DNA of 64,000 nt. Source: Phoronis australis (Eukaryota > Animalia > Phoronida). The notes under the pieces are model-generated. The model saw nothing but the letters and a program-made list of their open reading frames with translations, was not told the origin of the DNA and ran no database searches. The position numbers were made by a program, and so were the translations under genes. The stretch is taken from NCBI GenBank assembly GCA_002633005.1, contig NMRA01000001.1:2649695-2713694 (forward strand), read 5' to 3'. This document shows, piece after piece, positions 48,801 to 61,600 of this stretch. The stretch's first letter is position 1, and the number at the start of each line of letters is the position of its first letter.

Positions 48801-51390
48801 CGGAATTTAAGACACGACAGTTTGGCATTGCTAAAGATCAGCGCAGGAATGTCCCGCCGGGGCAATAAGTCAACTTTGAGCGCCTTTCTATAAGCAATAT
48901 CGAATTGATCAGTTCATCACAAGCCCAGATATCACTGCTAGTCTAAGTAAGACACTGAGACAAGTTTTATAACGGTATGTGGCCAGAAAATCAAAAGATC
49001 TTTTTTAACACTGAGGAGGCACTGAGATTTCGTGGCACCTGTAATATTATTTCATTGAGAGCAATTAAAAAACATAGTGGGTTTCAAGCGAACTGAACGA
49101 AATCGCCACAAAGAAATGTACTCTCGATCAACAACTTTGTGGATCAAATTTTCATTTGAAAATCGTCAGTAGCGTTACCTTTGTGTAATCCGAAAGATAA
49201 GGCACCTTTCTAGCCTAGCTCCTCACTCTCGCCCAGTCGATAAAGCGCTCTCGGTATTGTACTCGAGGCATTAGTCTGCGCTGAGCGAATATTTGCTTTT
49301 GTGCGCTGTATTTTCGTCCATATTTTATGCAAGCACTTTCATTCAGCCCTTGTCATTTAATAATAAGCAAATAGCTTGGGACAGCTTTAGAATTCATTCC
49401 CCTGTCAACATAATCTCTTTGGCTAACTTGTTTAAACTTTCAACATTTCCCAGTAGAAGGTAGGGACAAAATCTAACCTGTGAGTATAAAAGGAGTGTTC
49501 ACCGAACGCAACTAGTTGCGTTCATTTAGATTGTTTGTAAAAATATTTTCACCGTCACACCTGAGTAATTTAGACATAGGACAAGTTTCTCTAAGACTAA
49601 AATAAATGTCTACACCTTTCTGACACATAGGTGGCCGCTCATCCCGCTATATTTTTTTTGATAAAAATCCTAATCGCTTGTTTAGTGTGACTTCATTTTG
49701 ACGTTTTGGACCCAATCAGATACAATTGAAATGACAAAATTAAAAAATAATAATCACTAGGCCAGTTTTAAGTAATATGTAATTTACTAAGCAATTTGAA
49801 AATTGTTACTTGTTTAATTGGCTATGGACCTGGTCAGTCTTACTCCTTGTCAACTCCCTGAAAACATACAATGGGTGCAACCGTTGTCGAATCAAACCGA
49901 TTATTAATCCAAACCCGTACTTTGTAAAAAAAATTTCAACTGCTAAACTGCCCCCGAGGAAAAATCCAAGACCTACACATTTTTTGAAAACGTGACGGTG
50001 ACGCCTCTTTCATTGTATTAACCAGTCTTCACCGAGATTGGCGGACTACTTATAAATGATAACGAACAGCGCTAGCACAAACGCCGTGCTCAAATCTACT
50101 AAAATGTGTTTCCAAATTGTAGCCTTTCAATAGTTCACAATGTTTCCATAACCACTCATTAGAGTAAACTGACGAGCTGAAAAAAATTTACAAACCTACC
50201 CATTGAACTGCCGTACTCGATGTCTTTCGTGGTCCGAAACTTTTGTGAACCGTTTCTCGATAAACTGTAAGACCACTACTTATATACGAATTAAGAACAT
50301 TGTTATTTATTCGGTTATGAAATACCTAAATTGTCAGTCGGAAAATGGCAAGAGATCAAATATGCCAGGAACGTGACGGAATCTGCAGGGTGGGTTTATT
50401 ACGAAGTGGTCGAATCAGTTGAGACAACAAAACAAGTTATTCCTAGCTTTTCGAAGGCGCCGGATGTTTGAGCACGACGAGTTAATATCTGTTTGTGTGT
50501 TATTTTTGTGTCCTTGTGTTTATTTGTAGAAGAAATTAAGGACGCTTCCTTGTGATTCCGGAACCTGGATAAGGAGGTTTGGTGATGGTGCGGTGTCCAT
50601 GGTAACGCGGAAACACAACCAGTAAAATCATTTCATTTCTACAGTGAAAATTGTGCGGTGATGTCTCTGGTATGATCTCAGCCAATTATAAACCGTGACG
50701 AAGCTATATACATTGATATTCACCAGTTCAGCCTATACACTTAGCATCACAAGAGTATTATTAAATATTTCGTCAGCCAGTCATCGCCCTACCTACGTGT
50801 ACTCAATATTGTTGGTACCAACCACAAATTATGAACTTCGGTCTCATTTTGCGTTCAGGGTTTCCGAAAAAGTATCCTTGGCTCTCAGAAACAGCGATTT
50901 TTTCAATTTTTCCGAAAACTGATTTTGCAGTCTTCAGTGTATGTTGACAAAATTGAACCCAATGTCTTTGAAATGACCTCATATGATGGCGATGAGTACA
51001 AGCCGTTTGTACTGATGTTACCATGTCAGCACTTTTAGCATTCCTCAATCGAGTTTGAGATTATTTCAATAGTACAGACCATGCTGTACCTGGTTCATGT
51101 CAACTTAAAAGATGCCTGCTCTCTTAAGGCGTATGTCAACTGGGCAAGAAAGAAAAAACGTTTGAATAAAGATAGCGTAAATGTTCATACACTAACTACT
51201 AACTAAGCTACATTTCGGGCAACTTAATTGCAGCGCGGTCTACTACTCGGCCGGCATGCGCCAATGTTGAAATCCAACATCGATGGCCAACTACCATAAA
51301 CTCTGTTTAAGCGTTATCCTGAGTTGCTGATGGTTTCGATGGTTTTGTTTGTAACGTAAGGAATAGTGTGAGAGTAATAAGCCTAATTTA

Positions 51391-51601
51391 TCGTTGGCCA
51401 AATGGGTGAACCGTTACGCCGTTAAATTACGTGCGTAAGTTAATTCTTGTTAAAGGCGTAAAGTAACTATTTGCGCCGTAAAGTAATTAGATATGGCCGC
51501 AAAGTAACTTTTAACGCCGCAAATAATTACTTTATGCCTCTAACAAGAATTAACTTACGCACGTAATTTAACGGCGTAACGTTCACCCATTTGGCCAACG
51601 A
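51391..51601. mobile_element. Palindromic MITE with approximately 95-bp TIRs and TA TSD (Tc1/mariner-type footprint)
   Basis: TA|TCGTTGGCCAAATGGGTGAACCGTTACGCCGTTAAATTACGTGCGTAAGTTAATTCTTGTTA...TAACAAGAATTAACTTACGCACGTAATTTAACGGCGTAACGTTCACCCATTTGGCCAACGA|TA. Confidence 0.85.
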
Positions 51602-51907
51602 TACTAATTGTCGATTTTCGTTTCTCTTCATGCCTAGAGTAATACATCCCCGGCAGCCAATGTCACGCAAGGCCGAAATACAGCTTTAAAAATGAATAAC
51701 AATACCGAGTTTTTCTTAGTGCCTTCTAAACATCACTAGTCGCTTTTTGTTCCTCCCAAAAATACCCACAGGTACTTTCCTTCCCGTATCGGGGCACTTT
51801 TTTGGAAATCTCCGAAAGATACCTGTTCCGACTTATGTAGGGTTGCCATCAGTTCATCGGTGAAAAGCGAAGTTTTCAAAAGAGGAGACGAGAATTTAGT
51901 TTTCAAT

Positions 51908-52027
51908 ATGGCGTCGCGCTACAGAGCATTTTTAAAGATTTGTGAAAAATGGCCTATTGACAAAACTAAAACAGGCCGAGATTTAGGAGCTGTAATTCGT
52001 CAAAGAGTGGTTGAAGGCTTTTCACAG
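51908..52027 (+). CDS. UQCC2: UQCC2 exon 1
   Basis: [25 protein letters not shown]; CAG|gttgtt. Confidence 0.92.
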
Positions 52028-54552
52028 GTTGTTTATATTTGAGCTGTCACTATTTTCACTCTTGTCACTTGTTGTCATTTAACAATGACTTAGAACTAAC
52101 CCTAAATCCTCACTGTTTGACTTGACGTATATGCTGTTGTTGGCTAGAATTGGGCCAGCTCAGCCGATGGCCATTCCCTCCATACGCCGGAAGCTTTTTG
52201 AAAATCATGCCCCACACTAGTAAAACCATTTTTGTGTAACACTTTCACCGCTCAACTCATTGTTACCAACAGTATACGTTGATTGAGACTAAGTGCTTAC
52301 GTAACTTTCTTCCCACGCTTATTGCCCTGCTTTTCCACTGAATATAATTCAAAAGATATTTACTCACTCCGTGAACGTTATCATCTGCTCATATATTTTC
52401 TCTCATAAAACCCACATATCACATGTATTATATTGTATAATGTATTTTTTCCATGTTGTGTTGAACAAATGTTTAGGTTTATAAATTCTTCCTTCTGGCA
52501 CTTCACCAGTAACTGCTTAGCTATATACACATTTTGATGGCACTATATACATCTTGTTAGTCATATACTTACTAATTATTATTTTAGTTTCTTATGTGCA
52601 CGTTGGTTCTTGCAGTATGTTCTGGTACTTTATTCGTGAGGTGGTTCCTGGCTTTTAGCAGTTCCTAAGAAACCTCTCAAGAATCTCCTGCCGATCTTAT
52701 GATTTGTAATTATTTAACCCCATGGTTTATTCAAATAAATGCACTAAACGTACCGAGAGTGGCGTAGATGAAGTAATATCCCATGTGACATTATTCTGCG
52801 TATCGACCAAAGTTCGAGGCCGATACGCAGAATAATGTAGTCCCAGGAGTGCAAAACAGAGAACAATATCGCATGGCCGTATTGCACTCGACTCATTCAA
52901 TGCGTATGGGATAAATACACTAAATGTACCACGTGACATTATTCAACCAGCTAACGACGTAGAGTCAACATTGACCTACCTTTCGAACTTTCCATGCCAG
53001 AGGGCACGTTAAAGTAGTCTTGACAGTGCAATATGGAAAACAATATCATGTGGCCGTATTGCACTCGACTTCTTTAACGCGTATGGGATAAATGCATCTC
53101 TCTCTCTCATCAGTGTCACATTGCTATAAATGCCATGCAAGCATAGAAGGACATCTTTGGAGGTCATTGAAGTCTTTTTTATAAACTCAAACAAATACTT
53201 TGGTAATTAATACTTCTTTCTCATACGTCTCTTCTTTCGTCAATAAAATTGTTGACAAATTACACTTAACCCATCTAGCAAACCCTGGTGAATCACCATA
53301 GTGCGTTGCTGTTAGTCAGTCATTGGCTCACACCCAAGGTCATGGAGGTCAACCTTGATGTGATTAAAGAAATTTTCATGCCATGTGGGAAGTGATGCGA
53401 TAACTACAAAAATTTTCCAGTTCCCAATGTCGTTGACAAAATGAAGGACTATTCAGAAAAAAAATTTTGATTACTTTACGAGAGTATTTGTTGGAATTGC
53501 TTCTAAAAGTGTCCAGCTACGCTTTAAATTTACATACAGTCACGTGATTGATAGTTCAGCCAGAGTGTAATGTAGTAATTTTCAAAAAATCTTCCTGCGT
53601 ACTGGATTGATTAGGATGTGCCGCCCCCTTGTAACACTGCTGTGCGTGAGGTTGGAGTTCTGCTTGATCTCAAGTTTGTGTTCGTCTCGCAATGAAATAG
53701 GTGTTCACATGTCCTAATAATCCATGAGCACTGACAAATTTTGTGCAAACAATGCCAGGTCATCCTGGCTGTAAATAAAAAATGTAGCGCATTAGGCTCT
53801 CATTGCTAGACAAAGTTTCTTGTGCCTCATTACACCCATGGTTCACACTAAGGAGTCATGAACTGTTGTTAGACTGTGCTCAGCTTATATGGGCAGGATA
53901 ACTGGGTGATGTTAAGATAAATTCATTTAGGGACTTACCACAATATTCCTATTTCATGTAACGATGCTAGAAAACTTCCAAAATCAAACAAGTGAACAAC
54001 TTTTAGATTTATGTTTTGGCTTGTTTTTTTTTCTAGATAAATATAAAAAACACTGAAAAAATTATCTCCACTTTCGAAATAAAAAGTTGCCGTTTCAGTT
54101 AAAACAGCTGTCAATAGTTTTAAAACGGGCCTGTCATAAACTCAAATACAGAGCTAGTTACTAAGTAAACTTTTGTGCACAGGTCCTTCCCTTTGTAAAG
54201 TGTGACACATCCACCAGACTTGGTAGCCATATGTTTTCTTGAATGCCCATGAAGTACTCTGGTTAGGAGAGTTAGTGCAGGTGATGTAAAAGTGTAGATT
54301 GTACTACCAGTAAGAACAGTTTGTTAACAATTGTGACTTATTTTTTGGCAGGGTGAAGCAACAACCATTCAAAACGAGGCGGAGTGTCAAGCTGTGTACG
54401 AGAGCCTGGAGAGAATTGTGACCAATCATAGTAAAAACAAGTACAGGCGACTGCATAACCATTCATGCACTGGACTCAGTGAGGAAGTGCTAAGAGAAGC
54501 AATGTCGACCGAATTGTTGGAAAAATATGGACAGAAAGGTGACCTATCATAG
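51908..54552 (+). CDS. UQCC2: Ubiquinol-cytochrome c reductase complex assembly factor 2; exons 51908-52027 and 54352-54552; 106 aa
   Basis: [40 protein letters not shown]|[33 protein letters not shown]...CTGLS matches the UQCC2/Cbp6 family; phase-0 GT-AG intron. Confidence 0.92.
52860..53097. repeat. Approximately 58-bp direct repeat pair in the UQCC2 intron, probably a transposon remnant
   Basis: CAATATC..TGGCCGTATTGCACTCGACT..TT.AA.GCGTATGGGATAAAT at about 52864 and about 53041. Confidence 0.6.
54352..54552 (+). CDS. UQCC2: UQCC2 exon 2
   Basis: ttttttggcag|GEATT...YESLERI...QKGDLS*. Confidence 0.85.
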   Translation, partial: GEATTIQNEAECQAVYESLERIVTNHSKNKYRRLHNHSCTGLSEEVLREAMSTELLEKYGQKGDLS

Positions 54553-54970
54553 TTCAGGCTACCAAAAAGCTGACGTTTGCTAGTTCAGAGTACCAGAAAG
54601 CTGATGTATCACTTCAGGCTACAAGAAAGCTGATCTATCATAGTTTAGGGTACCAGAAAACTGATCTATCGTAGTTCAGGATACCAGAAAACTGACCTAT
54701 CATAGTTCAGGATACCAGAAAACTGACCTATCATAGTTCAGAATACCAGACAACTGACCTATCATAGTTCAGGGTACCAGAAAACTGACATTTTATTGTG
54801 ATTGTTTATGGTACCTGAAAGCTGACCTATCGCAGTTCAGAGTACTAGAAAGCTGACCTATCGTAGTTCAAGTTACCAGAAAGCTGACATTTCGTAGTTC
54901 AGCCAGGGTACCAGGAAACTGACATTTTACTGCGATTGCTCATGGTACCAGAAAGCTGACCTATCATAGT
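54532..54970. repeat. Approximately 31-bp minisatellite, about 13-14 units, starting inside the UQCC2 coding end
   Basis: Unit approximately CAGAAAGCTGACCTATCATAGTTCAGGGTAC, with two longer variant units at about 54780 and 54915. Confidence 0.92.
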
Positions 54971-57554
54971 TTTTGGTGTTCAACTTGGGTTGGATTGTGC
55001 TGGTGTCTTTTGTTGGAAGTATACTGGATTCTTTTGTGATTTTTTCACCAGTTGTCTGCATTCTGTTGCTGGAGTTCGGGCAAAATGTGAACAGCATGGT
55101 TTAGGGAAATGAAACAACTTCATACAAATTGCCAGTGATGGAAAGTCTGCAGTATCATGGAAGATGAAGTGATAGTTTTCCCAATGAACTGTAAACTCAA
55201 CTTTGGAACTTGTGATTTGATAATGGCTTACTTTGTTTGGCGTCTGTGTTCCCCTTATGCACAGAAAAGTGCACCCAGTTAGTGCATTTTATTTCAAATT
55301 GCTGTAAGAAATTTACCAAGTTGGTGTCCATGACTTGCCACCCTTGTATGTTGCCAGTTTCACTAGGTTGCGTATACCATGAGCCCAGCCTTGTATACTA
55401 GGCTAAGGGTGTACATCACTTGATGTTGCGACAAAAGTGTTTGTTACTTATTTATTTTGTCAATCATGCCATTCTGAAATATCTTTGAACGTCAAACAAA
55501 AATAATTTAAAAAAATTAATTTTTTATTTGTCAACATCTTCTAACATTTTTTGAATTTGAACAATTTCAGGATATTGTCTGTTAACATGACAAAGCATAT
55601 TGTTGATGTATGAACAAATGCGTACTAGTGACCTTGCTTAACTAGTCACCTTCGATTTATAAGTATAAACATGTACTGAGATAGTACTGATGGCTGGGTA
55701 TATCAATTTCCACATTCTTTTCTTACGATAAGGATGTGCTGTGTTCTGTTGTAGATTTCATGATGAATTAAAACTATGTTTTGAGGTTTCTTGGTGCACC
55801 ATGTAAAAATTAAAATTTACAAGATAAAATGATTCCGACATTTGGAATAAACGTGTTTGGTGATGGGCAGGTGGGGTGGAACCCCAGGACAGCTTCGCAA
55901 GATCAGGGTATCTCACCTTCTGTCCTCGCTGTATTTGGTGTGGATGACAGTAGGGGGGTGGGGGTAAAAAGTGGCAAATTTTGAATGACGTAATATGTGA
56001 ACACTCCCTTATGAGTTGAATCTGTAAAATTTTTTATGGGAGTGAAGTCGGGACTTTTGATTGACAGCTCTTTGCAACTTTTATAGTTACATCGAGCACT
56101 ACTTTGCATGAACTTGAAATGTCATATTTGTCACAAATGCATTGACGACAACTTTCATGAAACATTTTGCGTGTAAATGTTGGGACAGATTCTGCTTTTG
56201 AGCGTCGAATCTATGAAAAATGACAACTTAAAACAACTCGAACATAAACTTTGGGATGCAAATGAATAAGTATGTAACCAAGAAAAAGTGACGACTTATG
56301 CAGACTGATAAGTTACGCCATGACGAGTTAAGCAAGGTCACTTCAATAATGTCTATGGAAAGCACTATTTTGCTGGCTGGATTTTGATGAGTTTTTAAAT
56401 AAATAAAACATCTACACGAGTGCAATGAATAGTGTATTTACAAAATAAACAGAATTTTTAACTCTTGCAGTAAATACGTGTTATACAAATTTAAATACAA
56501 ATAACGTAAAAAGCAAAACGGACAATGCTAAAAGCATGAAATTTTCAGAAATGTTGTTTTTCATGTTTTTAGAAATTCGTTTATTCCCTTATCCCAAATA
56601 GTCAAAATAACAGTGAAGCTGCCTGTAAATGCACAACACAGCAGGGTGTCACAATTCCACCTAGTCAACATATCAGTTTACTACCTACACGTTCCAAATG
56701 ATTGTCACACATAATAGAGGATCAGAGTACCCACAACTTACAATGTTTGAATATGTTTACGAACCAGTAATAACCGAGCACAAACACATGCTGCGATTGA
56801 CCATAACACTGATAATGAGATTGAAAATATCGTTGTCCGGAAAGAACAGGACCCACGGTTAAATCTTTTTACTCGAAGTCTAAAATTTTGACACTTAATG
56901 ACCCCTAGCATCACACGGTCACCTACATATCCTATAATATACTTGAGCAAAGAATAATAAACACTTGTCTTTAGTACCTACCAAATGACAATAGAAAATG
57001 TTAAAAATAATTTTGAGTAGGAGTAAAAAATTAGATCCCAGCCCCAGATGGAGCAGCTGAATAAGGGAGTTCATTAGTTGAGAGAGTCCAGGTGGCAGAC
57101 TACGGAATTTATACATTTACGTCGGTGACTTCATGAATCCAACAGAGAGGCGAAACGTTCATGTTTTCCTGCATTAAATGTCATGAAGCCAAAACGACCT
57201 GGTCATCGTTATTTCAAATTTTGGTTCCAATGCTTTCATTATAAACACTAATGGACTGGTATCAAAAACCTGACCTACTGATAGACGGTTGTCTCAAATA
57301 CAGTTAAAAGATGGATAAAATACGGGAAACCTAGTAAACTTATGTTAAATTGCATTAAGTACAGCACCTCAGAGGCACCCAACACACGAGTGTACCAGGA
57401 CTTGAACGTTCGGGAGGGAGGAGGCATAGATATAAATTTGCCTTGTCATAGATGGGTTTTCTTCTCTCACTCACCACCATTAACTTTAGCCCCACTAATT
57501 TCATCACCTGCCTAAAGTACCTTTAATCTTACAAACTGACAAATAAGAAAGATT

Positions 57555-58677
57555 TTAAAATTCCTCGTCTGTTTCAATATCATCAACAGGGGACTTTTTG
57601 TCCAGTTTGTGATCACTTCCAGACAACGTCTGCTCAAAACTGTCCTCATACTCTACACTCACTGCCTCACTATGCACTAAGTCGTCTGGTTTTTCGGGTG
57701 ATGATAGAGGAGTCAGTGAGCCACCCAACGCGTCAATTGGTTGAATGTTTGGAGCGAATGAGTCGTCAGAGTACTGCTCAAGGTCGGACAACGTTGGTTT
57801 AACATTAGGTGTGGGTGAGGGTGCTAGCTGAGAATGTGAAGAATTGTGGGAAGACTTGGATGAATGTGATGTCTTGTGCGATGATTTTGATTTATGAGAT
57901 GACTTTGACTTGTGTGATGATGATGACTTGGATGAGCGAGATGCTTTTGATGATGTCTGTGAAAGCAGACGGACCTCGTCCGATTCCCCGTGAACGTCAG
58001 CTGATGTCACGTGTTCATGTTTCACGTCTGCTAGTTCTGCCACCACAGGTTCTGGGGCAACATATGCAGCAGGTCTCGATGGAACGACATCACTCTGTTG
58101 TGAATTTGATGACGATCGGCGCTGACGTGGAGCCGGTCGAGGCTGATGCTCTGGTTGAGAAGACGTGATCTGCGTGTGCGTCACAATAGTCTGTGCAAGT
58201 CCAGCAGACGTCATTATTAGGTGATCATCATGTGACCTTGCCTGAGTTAACACATGACTTGTCTCCTTTATCAACTTTTCATAAAGTTCATCTGTTCTTG
58301 AGTCGCTCAGTTTCATCCGTAGACCTTCGTCGTCCGCCATCTGCACAGTGGGGTCACCCCTATTGGAGTGGTTGTCTGGCACCAGGTTAGCTGGCCCGAG
58401 TCTCTCCGGACCACGCTGTGGTATGCTATAGTATCCATATGGCGTGCTCGACTGGGGCTGAGCCATCTCAGCAGCAGATGAAGAGAGGTGTTCACTACGC
58501 GTAGACTGGTTCGCCAAGATGGGTCTGTGAACAGCTGCCGTGTACTGGTGGCTGTGAGGCCTAGACTGACCCATATCACCCATCTGTTGGAATGGGATTC
58601 CTTCCCCCGGGGCAGAGGGAGCCCCAAATGGTGCGGGCTTCTTGTCAAGACCTGCCAGGGTGATAAGTTCACCAAAC
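57555..58677 (-). CDS. Unidentified gene, terminal exon
   Basis: 383-codon ORF; tttcag|G TTT GGT acceptor. Confidence 0.85.
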
Positions 58678-61600
58678 CTGAAACAGTGAGGAATTTGCGT
58701 GAACAAGTATTTACATGCTTTATCTGATCACAAAAAGTCTTCCTCAGCAAATTTTAGAGTACTACGTCATCTCCCAATAAAATAATACTTAACACAAGCA
58801 AATTTCCTATGAATGGTTTTGCTTTAATCAACGCATTATGGTAATTTTCGTGAACATCTCCCCAAATGTATAATTGTAGACATAGTCTAGCATTCGGGAA
58901 ATTTTCCAAATTAAGCAATCAGCCCAGGTTTAAGAGTCATATTATAATTTCTCAGGATTTCTTGGGTTTCCCAAAATGAACAGTGACAACTTGTGTGTGT
59001 CAAAAACAAGGCTTTATCCATGTCCAATGTACCAAGCCCTGGGGCTAACTATCAGAAATTTCTGGTAGCGATTAAAAGTATAAAAATTAATTAATCCACG
59101 TGAAGGACAACCAAATGCAAAATCTAAAGAGGAAGACATGGGCTAGACTTTAACAAGAGTTAGTCATAATTTTCTTTCTAGTATTAAGCTCTCCATCCAA
59201 AGTACCCAAGTAACTGTACTCTATTCAAGTTGAGGTTTAATCAAATAAAGTGGAATTTTCAGGCTAATTACTCATCTGTGTAAGTGCTTGGCCAATTTAG
59301 TAAGAAACACAACATATAGCAACTTGTGAATATGAAGCAGCGTGAAAGTTGACAAAAATGTTTTTAAAAACAAGTTTTGTGGCGAAAATAATCCGCCGCA
59401 AATCACTGAACAGTGCCCCATAAGTATTGTCACATAGAGAATAACACAGCATGATGCGGATTACGTGAGCCCCTGAGGTATGACATTAGTGCAAAGGTCA
59501 CCTATTGGCAGAATATTTTGTTTCCACATTCACAAACTGTCAAGGAATACAACCTGCACTGTTTAGTTCCTGCTATACATTAGCATAGTTAGGAGCATGC
59601 AAATACATCAGATGCTGGGGAGTCCTGGACTTTGAGAACTGTGTTCCTCTACTAAGTAATGGGCATAAAACTGGTTCTCAAAACCAAGGAGCCCTGTAAG
59701 TTACTAGCTCTCAAGGTGATTTGGTTACGTCAAACTTCAGTTACAAACAACGGTTAACTCCCATGAAGGTTCATTCTAACCCAGTTTGGTTGCAGCTACA
59801 TTCTGAAGCCAACAACACTAAGTGTTTAACCCACGTTGACGGCTGCAGTTGGAGTACCAACTTACCCAGCATTCCTTAGCATGTCCAGAAATGCATGGAA
59901 TCGTTTGAAGGAAGACTCGATACTCTCCAGAACGCTTTCATCTTCCAATAAAGCCTGCTGCTTGGATGACTTGGCTTCAGACAGCTCCAGCTCAAGTCGC
60001 TTGTTCTCAATGCTTAGCTAAACAGATGAAAAAAGAGGCGAAGGTGTGAAATTTGCAGAAAATCATGTTGCACAGTGCGACATTGATAATCACTACGAGC
60101 AACTAAAACACTCACAAGAGTCCATATTATCAAATGCTGTATGCCCAGTCATAGTGCATCGTACCTTAGATTTTGTCCGATTGTCATTGAATATTAATAT
60201 CTATCACATCACTGTACCATTCTTACAAAAAGACAATATTATGTTTGCCTGACTGCCCCAGCTACTCTTATTATACTGCAGCTTTCCACAAATTTCAGAC
60301 TTTTCAGAGTTATTTGTCAACACTTCAGGCAGTGACTTGAACAACGAGCATTGCAGAATTGAGTTAAAACGACAATTGTTGAGAGCAGACTTAAAACAGG
60401 GATGAAATCGTAGCGGACTAAAGTCGCACACGCGGCGAATAGACTAGCTCGCACAACAACAAAACCCCAGCAAACCATAACACGAGGCTCTTGTGACACA
60501 ACTACTGATGCTTTATTCATATGCAAAATCTTACATAGATGCGCAGGTAGGCGTTGGCCAACCTGAATAGATGAGTCCAAACACAAGGACCAGGCCAAGT
60601 CACACAAAGAAGGGGAGAGTAGTCTTGAACAGAAGTGAAAAAGTCAATAACTCAAGCATTTGGACCTCTCGCAAAATTTCCCCATTTCTAACAACCAACC
60701 ATGTCTGTATAGGTCTCAAGAGCTAAATGTATTTAATAGCAATTTCTGCTTGATATTGAAGCAAAATCAACTTTTCCATTTTATGCTCGTGTTCTAAAAA
60801 TTGCAAGATCTTCAAACCCTTGATTAACCATTCATTAAAAGCAGACACATAATATTGCCAGGCAACAATGTTTCATAGCATACGACAGATTCCATTTTCT
60901 ATAAGACACCCAAAACTTGGAGCAATGGGGGACAATTTCTATTGTGCAATAACCATGCAGCAGTGAGCACCACCTGTTGTTGACTACATACATCAAGCAT
61001 CGTCTGCTCAGCCTGCCGGCGTGCTTCACTCTCTTCAGACAACTGTAATCTCAGCTGTTCCATTTCCACCTAACAAGCAGAAATCATCAACACTCATTAC
61101 AGACCATTGTGTTGACACTCATTACAGTCTATAGTAAAGACACATTGCAAGAAGACTTAGTACTACAACAGAGGACCATACTCCAAGATGTACAGTATGA
61201 AACGCACTCAGTAAGTTTTTGTTCCCACACCAAGTAACAAGTTCAACAACTTGTTAATGTTACTCATACAACATCAAGTACAAAAACACAACTCCAACAA
61301 TCTCCATCAGAAGGAAAACAGAATTCCAGCTCCTTAATCACACAAACCATATTTGTGAAGCTAATTAACAAAACACAAGCCTGAACAGCAAATAACTAGT
61401 GAGTAAGAACCCAATATCGTTATTTCCTGAGAGAGATGGCGATTTGATGGGAAGATATGATGGCATGCTGCTATGTTTTGATGGAAGACACTAACATATG
61501 AGGTTTCATTCATTGTGTTGTAAAGGGATGACTGACGTCAAGTACTATGAAAGTGGAATACTTTCATTTTTGTTTTGTGCGTTTTATGCTAAAAACAAGG

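Noticed and set aside
54532-54970. 31-bp repeats as CRISPR direct repeats
   Set aside because: Head-to-tail degenerate minisatellite without spacers.
55945-56012. Complete MITE near 56 kb
   Set aside because: Only one terminus-like sequence (TGACGTAATATGTGAACACTCCCTTA) is visible, with no matching inverted end.
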